From positions 905 through 64,904 of the forward strand of contig JAUSED010000012.1 in assembly GCA_030650425.1 (NCBI GenBank): a stretch of 64,000 nucleotides of DNA. The letters run 5' to 3'. This stretch comes from Candidatus Omnitrophota bacterium (GTDB lineage Bacteria; Omnitrophota; Gorgyraeia; Gygaellales; Profunditerraquicolaceae). Made by a program: the position numbers and the translations under genes. Below are positions 57,802 to 64,000 of this stretch, in pieces. Position 1 is the stretch's first letter. The number at the start of each line of letters is the position of its first letter. Under the pieces are notes generated by a model. The model was given only the letters and a program-made list of their open reading frames with translations. It did not search any database and was not told the DNA's origin.

Positions 57802-58923
57802 ATGAATTCTCAAGTAAGCATTATAAAATGCGCTAATTACAACTTGAGCCTTGTCGAGGCCAGCGTAAGAAAGGCTATCGGTTTAATCGGCGGGGTAACT
57901 CATTATGTTAAGCCGGGTTCACGCGTCTTGGTCAAACCCAATATGCTGATGGCTAAGGAGCCGGAGTTCGGGATTGGTACTCATCCCGAAGTGGTCCGGG
58001 CCGTAATCAGGGTTTTAAAAGATATTAGTTGCCGTATTTTCGTGGGTGATGGCCCAAGCGTCTGGGGAAAAGAAATCGAAAACGTGGATGAGGTTTATCG
58101 CCGGACAGGAATAACCAAGATTTGTGAGGACGAAAAAGTGGAGTTAGTTAAATTTGAAAAAAGGCGGATGCGCGAAAAATTTCCCCTAACCACTTGGCTT
58201 GATCATTGCGATTATTTAATTAATCTACCGAAGTTTAAGACGCATGAGCTTACTCTGCTTACAGGAGCGATCAAGAATAATTTTGGTTTGGTTTCCGGGA
58301 CCTTTAAGACAGAGCTGCACAAAAACTATTTTCAGCGGGAAGATTTTGCCAAGATTCTGGTGGATATTTTTGCTGAGGCTAAGCCGGGTTTGACGATTAT
58401 CGACGGGGTAACCGCTATGGAAGGTGATGGCCCGGCAACCAGCGGAAAATTACGGGATTTAGGGTTGTTACTTGCGGGAGGTGATTGTGTGGCTTTGGAT
58501 AGCGTTATGGCAAAGATAATGGGGATCGAGCCATGCGATGTTTTAACCACGAAAGAGGCCGCGCGAAGAGGCTTGGGAAGAGCGGATTTAAATTCTATCG
58601 AAATTCTGGGAGAAAAAATTGAAGGGTTGAATATTCGGCCATTTCTGCTTCCTTCTTCAATAAGCCTGTCAAGAAAGTTGCCTAAGCCGGTAATCAGTTT
58701 GGCTAAGAAGCTGATTAAATATTATCCGTATCCTGTGCGGAAAAATTGCACCAGATGTACTGCCTGTATTAAGATATGCCCGAATAATTGTATAAGCATG
58801 AGGAAAAAGGGGATTATTTTTGATTATAGAAAGTGTATTGCTTGTTTTTGCTGCCAAGAGGCTTGTCCGTCAAAAGCAATTAAAGTAAAAAAGAGCTTAT
58901 TCGCAAAAATGATCGGGTTATAA
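57802..58923 (+). CDS. DUF362 protein with two 4Fe-4S clusters
   Basis: VLVKPN, THPEVV, INLPK.KTH, C-terminal CxxCxxCxxxCP twice. Confidence 0.92.
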   Translation: MNSQVSIIKCANYNLSLVEASVRKAIGLIGGVTHYVKPGSRVLVKPNMLMAKEPEFGIGTHPEVVRAVIRVLKDISCRIFVGDGPSVWGKEIENVDEVYRRTGITKICEDEKVELVKFEKRRMREKFPLTTWLDHCDYLINLPKFKTHELTLLTGAIKNNFGLVSGTFKTELHKNYFQREDFAKILVDIFAEAKPGLTIIDGVTAMEGDGPATSGKLRDLGLLLAGGDCVALDSVMAKIMGIEPCDVLTTKEAARRGLGRADLNSIEILGEKIEGLNIRPFLLPSSISLSRKLPKPVISLAKKLIKYYPYPVRKNCTRCTACIKICPNNCISMRKKGIIFDYRKCIACFCCQEACPSKAIKVKKSLFAKMIGL

Positions 58924-58926
58924 TTT

Positions 58927-59970
58927 ATGAAAATAACTACTATCGAATGGAAAAATAATAAGATAAGGCTTATTGACCAGACTAAACTTCCGCATAAGTT
59001 GGAATATCTGGATATTGATAAGTTGGAAGATTTATGGCAGGCGATTAAGCTGCTTAAGGTCAGGGGGGCTCCGGCTTTAGGAGCGGCAGCCGCGCTGGGA
59101 GTGTATTTAGGAATAAAAGACCTCAAAACAAAAGATCCGGCTGTTTTTAATAAGGAATTGGATAGAGTTAGCCATTATATCGCCGGTTCCCGTCCGACAG
59201 CGAGAAACCTTTTTTGGGGGATAGAGAAGATCTGTAGTGTAGCGCGAAAGAATAAAGGAAAAGATTTAGCCGCGCTTAAGAAACTCCTCTATGAAGAAGC
59301 TTGTAGGATTATTGAAAATGACAAATCCAGCTGTCGTAAGATTGGTGAATATGGCAGCAGGCTGATTAAAGATAACGATACGGTGTTAACGATCTGTAAC
59401 GCGGGTATTTTAGCTACAATCGATTATGGCACGGCTTTGGGAGTGCTTTACCGCGCGAAAGAAGAAGGTAAAAAAATAAAAGTTTTTTCCTGTGAGACAA
59501 GGCCGCTCCTGCAAGGAGCCCGGCTTACTGCTTGGGAGTTGAATCAGAAAGGCGTGGATGTAACGGTTATTTGCGATAATATGGCGGCTACTCTTATGCG
59601 GCAGGGCAAAATAAATAAAGTTATTGCCGGAGCGGATAGGATCGCGGCCAACGGCGATACCGCCAATAAAATCGGCACTTACAATTTAGCAGTTTTAAGC
59701 AGCTATCATAAGATTCCATTCTATATCGCGGCTCCGGTTTCCACTTTTGATTTACGCGCGCAATCAGGAAAAGATATTCCGATTGAGGAGCGTGACCCCA
59801 GAGAAGTCAGCGAATTATTATTTAAAAGAGTAATCGCGCCTAAAGGGGTAAAGATCTTTAATCCTGCTTTTGACGTCACCCCGCGTAATCTTATCAGCGC
59901 GATTATTACGGATAAGGGAGTGATTAGGCCGCCGTATAATCTAAATATTAAGAGAATCGTGCGCCTGTAG
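58927..59970 (+). CDS. mtnA: S-methyl-5-thioribose-1-phosphate isomerase
   Basis: DQT.LP, VRGAP, RPTA, CNAG.LAT, ETRP.LQG, NPAFDVTP. Confidence 0.96.
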   Translation: MKITTIEWKNNKIRLIDQTKLPHKLEYLDIDKLEDLWQAIKLLKVRGAPALGAAAALGVYLGIKDLKTKDPAVFNKELDRVSHYIAGSRPTARNLFWGIEKICSVARKNKGKDLAALKKLLYEEACRIIENDKSSCRKIGEYGSRLIKDNDTVLTICNAGILATIDYGTALGVLYRAKEEGKKIKVFSCETRPLLQGARLTAWELNQKGVDVTVICDNMAATLMRQGKINKVIAGADRIAANGDTANKIGTYNLAVLSSYHKIPFYIAAPVSTFDLRAQSGKDIPIEERDPREVSELLFKRVIAPKGVKIFNPAFDVTPRNLISAIITDKGVIRPPYNLNIKRIVRL

Positions 59971-59983
59971 CGTAGTAATAAGG

Positions 59984-60026
59984 TAATAAGGTGACTGTCA
60001 CGTTTTTTGTGACTGTCACCTTATTA
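59984..60026. repeat. Intergenic palindrome built from GTGACTGTCAC units
   Basis: TAATAAGGTGACTGTCAC-GTTTTTT-GTGACTGTCACCTTATTA. Confidence 0.8.
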
Positions 60027-60037
60027 ACGGAACTAAA

Positions 60038-60934
60038 ATGCTGATAAAAGATATAGGTGAATTCGCGCTGATTGAAAGATTCAAGAGAAAAATTAAGACA
60101 GATTCTTCTGTTATAAAAGGTTCCGGGGATGATTGCGCTGTGTTGAAGTTAGACAAACAAAACCACCAGCTTTTTACCTGCGATATGCTGGTTGAGGGTG
60201 TGGATTTTACTCTTAAAGATAACTCGTATCTCGTTGGTAGAAAGGCGATTGCCGTATCCCTTAGCGATATAGCCAGCTGTTCGGGTAAACCCCGGCATTG
60301 CGTTATCTCCTTAGGCTTACCGAAAAATACTTCCCTAAGCTTTGTAGATAAGCTTTTTCAAGGGATGCTGGATATTGCAAAAAAATATAAAGTAAATATT
60401 GTGGGAGGGGATTTAAGCCGAAGCAGTAAAGTCGTCCTTGACGTAAGCATGCTTGGCGAGGTAGAAAAGAAATACCTTACTTTAAGGAGCGGAGCCAGGG
60501 TTGGAGATATTATTTTTATCACCGGCGAGCTTGGCGGTTCAATTTCAGGCAAGCATCTTCAATTTACTCCGCGCATAAAAGAAGCAAGATTCTTAAGCCG
60601 CAATTTTAAAGTCAAGGCCATGACTGATATCTCCGATGGATTGACTTCTGATTTAGGCCATATTTTGGAGCAGAGCAATGCGGGGGCAGTGATTTATGAG
60701 GCCTTGATTCCGTTAAGCGGTAAAGCCCGTAATTTATCCGATGCCCTAAACAATGGAGAGGACTTTGAGCTTCTTTTTACTCTTTCGCGGCCGCAGGCTT
60801 TAAAATTATTAAAAAGAAAGTTGTCGATTTTTAGGCCGATTGGAGAAATAAGGGAAAGAAAATACGGTTTTCAGCTGATAGACAAGAGGAGCAGGCCGGT
60901 TAATATCAAGCCAAAAGGTTTTAAGCATTTTTAA
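60038..60934 (+). CDS. thiL: Thiamine-monophosphate kinase
   Basis: GEF.LI, GDDCA, SD.A, VGGD, DISDGL..DL, GEDFELLFT. Confidence 0.95.
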   Translation: MLIKDIGEFALIERFKRKIKTDSSVIKGSGDDCAVLKLDKQNHQLFTCDMLVEGVDFTLKDNSYLVGRKAIAVSLSDIASCSGKPRHCVISLGLPKNTSLSFVDKLFQGMLDIAKKYKVNIVGGDLSRSSKVVLDVSMLGEVEKKYLTLRSGARVGDIIFITGELGGSISGKHLQFTPRIKEARFLSRNFKVKAMTDISDGLTSDLGHILEQSNAGAVIYEALIPLSGKARNLSDALNNGEDFELLFTLSRPQALKLLKRKLSIFRPIGEIRERKYGFQLIDKRSRPVNIKPKGFKHF

Positions 60935-61405
60935 ATGAAGATCATCTCCAAATCAGTTAAAGAAACTTTAAATCTAGGCTCCTCTTTAGCCCGGCAACTT
61001 AAGCCGGGGGATATAATCTGTTTAAAAGGCAACCTTGGTTCCGGCAAGACTACCTTGACTAAAGGTATTGCTATTGGCCTTGGTATTGATAAAGCGAAAG
61101 TTACAAGTTCCTCATTTATTCTTATTCGACAGCACCCGGAAGGAAGTATCCCTTTATTTCATTTTGACCTTTACCGGCTTAAGAGTTCAGGGGAGATAGC
61201 CGCGCTCGGGTTTGAGGAATATCTTTACGATGACGGGGTTTCGGTTATTGAATGGGCGGAAAAGTTGGAATGCCTGATGCCTCAAGAACATCTTACGGTG
61301 AAGTTAGCTTATTACCCGGGGAATAAGAGGGTTTTCGAATTTTTGGCGCAAGGCGCGCGTTATAAAAATTTATTGAGGAGTCTGCGTGAAAATATTAGCC
61401 ATTGA
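60935..61405 (+). CDS. tsaE: t6A biosynthesis ATPase
   Basis: G.LGSGKTT, HFDLYRL, IEWA. Confidence 0.95.
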   Translation: MKIISKSVKETLNLGSSLARQLKPGDIICLKGNLGSGKTTLTKGIAIGLGIDKAKVTSSSFILIRQHPEGSIPLFHFDLYRLKSSGEIAALGFEEYLYDDGVSVIEWAEKLECLMPQEHLTVKLAYYPGNKRVFEFLAQGARYKNLLRSLRENISH

Positions 61406-62066
61406 TTCCGCCACTAAATGCTTATCTCTTGGCATTTATGATGACGGTAAAGTATATGAATACAACCTAGAGATAGAAAGAAGGTTATCCTCGCTATTAG
61501 TTGTAATTATCAAGAGGGCGCTTGAGGCCTTGGATTTAAAGCTTGGGGATTTTGATTATTTTGCCTGCGGTTTGGGCCCGGGCTCTTTTACCGGAATGCG
61601 CGTAGGTTTGTCCACGATGAAAGGATTAAGCTGGTCTCTACGTAAGCCGCTTATCGGAATATCGACGCTGGATATCCTGGCAATGAATGCTAAAGGATTT
61701 ACTGAGAAGGCGATTATCCCGGTAATCGACGCTAAGAGAAAGCTTATCTACTCTTGTTTTTACAAAAATCCTGCCGGAATGCCGGAAAAAACATCCGCTT
61801 ATATGCTTATTTCAAAAGAAGAGTTATCCAAGAAGATGAAACAGCCATGCGTGGTATTAGGAGACGCGCTTAATTTATATAAAGATGAGCTATCCAAGAA
61901 TGCTTCAGCTATTTTTTTGGATAAAGACGACTGGTACCCCAAGGCCCATAATATAATTAAGCTTGCTTTAGTCCGTATCAAAAATAAAAAAATGTCAGAC
62001 ATTTCCAAAATAAACCCGATTTATCTTTATGCTAAAGAATGCCAAATTAAACATGCCCATAAATAA
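61386..62066 (+). CDS. tsaB: t6A biosynthesis protein TsaB
   Basis: ILAIDS, GPGSFTGMRVG, IDAKR, P.YL. Confidence 0.95.
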   Translation: MKILAIDSATKCLSLGIYDDGKVYEYNLEIERRLSSLLVVIIKRALEALDLKLGDFDYFACGLGPGSFTGMRVGLSTMKGLSWSLRKPLIGISTLDILAMNAKGFTEKAIIPVIDAKRKLIYSCFYKNPAGMPEKTSAYMLISKEELSKKMKQPCVVLGDALNLYKDELSKNASAIFLDKDDWYPKAHNIIKLALVRIKNKKMSDISKINPIYLYAKECQIKHAHK

Positions 62067-63192
62067 CCACAGAATAGGCTATAGGCCGACCTGGGCCCAG
62101 ATTAATTTAGCTAATCTTGAGCACAATTTTTCCCGGATAAAAAAACTGATTTCCGCGCGCACCAAAATCTTAGTTACGGTTAAGGCCGATGCCTATGGGC
62201 ATGGCCTGATTCTCATATCCAGGAGGCTTGAGTTATGCGGCGTGGATTTTCTGGGAGTAGCTTCCATAGACGAGGGGATCAAGCTTAGGGAGGCAGGAAT
62301 AAAGGTACCGATATTAATATTGGGTTTAATCTTAAAAAGCGACATCCTGCCGCTCTTTAAATATAATCTCACTACTTCTGTCTGCGACGAAGAATTAAGC
62401 CGCGCCTTAAACCGCAAGGCCTCGCTTTTGCGCAAGAAATTAAATGTGCATATTAAGGTGGATACCGGGATGGGCCGCATCGGCATCTCCCATTATGACG
62501 CGTACAGATTGGTAAAGAAAATCTGTAGCTTTAAACATCTGAATATCGAGGGTATCTTCACGCATTTTGCTTTCGCGGATTTGGACAAGAAGTTTACCAT
62601 CAATCAGATAGATTTATTTGGTAAACTGCTGCAAAAATTAGCTAATCAAGGGATAAAAATTCCTTTAGTGCATGCCGCAAACAGCATGGGTGTGCTTGAT
62701 TATAAAGGGAGTCATTTTAATATGATCAGGCCGGGGCTGGTAATTTACGGATTATACCCTAAAGAAAGCTTAGCCATAAATCTTAAGCCGGTTTTAAGCC
62801 TGAAGACTAAGGCCATCTTTGTAAAAAGAGTCCCGGCGGGTTTCGGCATCAGCTACGGGCATGACTATATTACTAAGAAACCTGCCACTATCGTTACTTT
62901 GCCTATTGGTTATGGCGATGGTTATCCGCGCAACCTCTCCAATAAGGCGCCTGTTTTAATCAGGGGGAGGCGTTTTAAAGTATGCGGCAGGATATGTATG
63001 GATCAAATTATGGTCGATGTAGGGAATACTTCGGTAAGAGTAGGCGATGAGGTAGTCTTAATCGGTAAACAAGGTAGAAACAGAATTACCGTCGAAGAAC
63101 TAGCCAGCCTTTCCAATACCATCCCTTATGAGATAGTCTGTGGTTTGGGGAGCCGTATCCCGAGAATAACAAATTTTAAGGAAGACGATTGA
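62053..63192 (+). CDS. alr: Alanine racemase
   Basis: VKADAYGHG, KVDTGM.R.G, ANS, GYGDG, GRICMDQ, TIPYE. Confidence 0.97.
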   Translation: MPINNHRIGYRPTWAQINLANLEHNFSRIKKLISARTKILVTVKADAYGHGLILISRRLELCGVDFLGVASIDEGIKLREAGIKVPILILGLILKSDILPLFKYNLTTSVCDEELSRALNRKASLLRKKLNVHIKVDTGMGRIGISHYDAYRLVKKICSFKHLNIEGIFTHFAFADLDKKFTINQIDLFGKLLQKLANQGIKIPLVHAANSMGVLDYKGSHFNMIRPGLVIYGLYPKESLAINLKPVLSLKTKAIFVKRVPAGFGISYGHDYITKKPATIVTLPIGYGDGYPRNLSNKAPVLIRGRRFKVCGRICMDQIMVDVGNTSVRVGDEVVLIGKQGRNRITVEELASLSNTIPYEIVCGLGSRIPRITNFKEDD

Positions 63193-64000
63193 TTAAGGAG
63201 ATGCTGAAGGTAAGCGCAATGATATGCGCTAAAGAAGCAGCCGCAAACGGAGGGATTAATCCACCCCGTCCAACAGCAACACATACCGCGTCAAGAACAT
63301 AGTACAAAAACCCCACGATAATCGAAATTCCTATAGAAGAAAGTCCGGTGGCGCGCTTTTGCATCATCAGAGAAAAAGGTATCCCCAATAAAATTATAAT
63401 CAAGCTGGTAAAAGGGGAAGTAAATTTTTGGTATAGATCTATTTTTAGGTTACGGATGACCGAGGTTGCCCCGCTCTTAGACATCTTCCAGATATAATTA
63501 CCCAATTGATTGATAGTCATATATTCCGGCCGTTGTCTTTGCGAGAGAAAATCAACAGGCGTCTCTGGGATGGTCATTATCTCTTCTTCCAGATATTGCG
63601 GTTCATCGATAATCTGGCTATTAGGGTCAAAGTTGTAGGTAATCGACTGGTAAAATCTCCAGAGTCCGTCTTCATATACTCCTTTGTTTGCCACGATTTT
63701 ACGGATTAAATCCTGCCGTTCATCCTGCTCAAGTATGATTATCCCTTCCATGGTTTTAGTAGAGGGGTAAAACCTGTTGATGAAAAACAGCCTGTTTTTT
63801 GAGCCGTACATTGAAACGTTGGTGAGGGACTCGCTTTTTTTATCATTTTTATCCTTTTTACCTTCTTCCATCTTTTCCTGAATTTGTTTGGTCAATAGGA
63901 TTGCCTGCGGCATTACGCGGTCAGAGACCCAAAAGATACAGAGACTGACCAAGAGTCCGAAGATAATCGCTGTTTTAGTAATATAAAAAATACTTAACCC
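63176..64000 (-). CDS. LptF/LptG family permease (5' part outside window)
   Basis: Frame open to the window edge; periplasmic domain followed by PF......LGIPF and C-terminal TMs. Confidence 0.85.
   Translation of the reverse strand, partial: GLSIFYITKTAIIFGLLVSLCIFWVSDRVMPQAILLTKQIQEKMEEGKKDKNDKKSESLTNVSMYGSKNRLFFINRFYPSTKTMEGIIILEQDERQDLIRKIVANKGVYEDGLWRFYQSITYNFDPNSQIIDEPQYLEEEIMTIPETPVDFLSQRQRPEYMTINQLGNYIWKMSKSGATSVIRNLKIDLYQKFTSPFTSLIIILLGIPFSLMMQKRATGLSSIGISIIVGFLYYVLDAVCVAVGRGGLIPPFAAASLAHIIALTFSISLINRLP

Noticed and set aside
423-63709. Many short antisense or alternate-frame ORFs in the track (e.g. 515-943, 6715-7140, 18910-19413, 45232-45777)
   Set aside because: They shadow well-supported genes and have no RBS or recognisable motifs

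Overview
Bacterial chromosomal window, almost all genes on the + strand. Lol/Mla/Lpt genes indicate a diderm. McsAB-ClpC and a modular 'GGIDF'-type large protein suggest Omnitrophota (PVC), which is an inference only. (1) 1-14659 is the right part of an integrated defence island. It holds a type I R-M system with an Abi_C/HEPN-like gene between hsdS and hsdR, a TM protein, an unannotated Zn-ribbon ORF, a SIR2 gene coupled to a 1076-aa helical protein, and a 4-gene PD-(D/E)XK + RNase J-like MBL operon. It ends in a degenerate tRNA 3' end (att), from which an SD-less HTH ORF reads back into the island. (2) 14764-30623 has accessory envelope/signalling genes and an isoprenoid/prenyltransferase/NDH-2/CbiQO/CcdA cluster. 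(3) 30644-35159 has a 1229-aa modular exported protein with an attenuator-like leader, four in-frame copies (plus one intergenic copy) of a 55-bp palindromic element, and AT-rich cargo domains bounded by GC-rich 'ASSPV' linker repeats, followed by a BrnTA module. (4) 35255-64000 is housekeeping (lysS, lol, ilvE, mcsAB-clpC-mlaEFD-radA-ispDF-cysES, tmk-holB-ricT-metG-tatD, mtnA, thiL, tsaEB, alr, lptF/G), with a small TA islet and several short palindromic or tandem insertions, some in-frame. No CRISPR array, rRNA or intact tRNA was seen. All calls come from motif recognition by eye; no searches were run.
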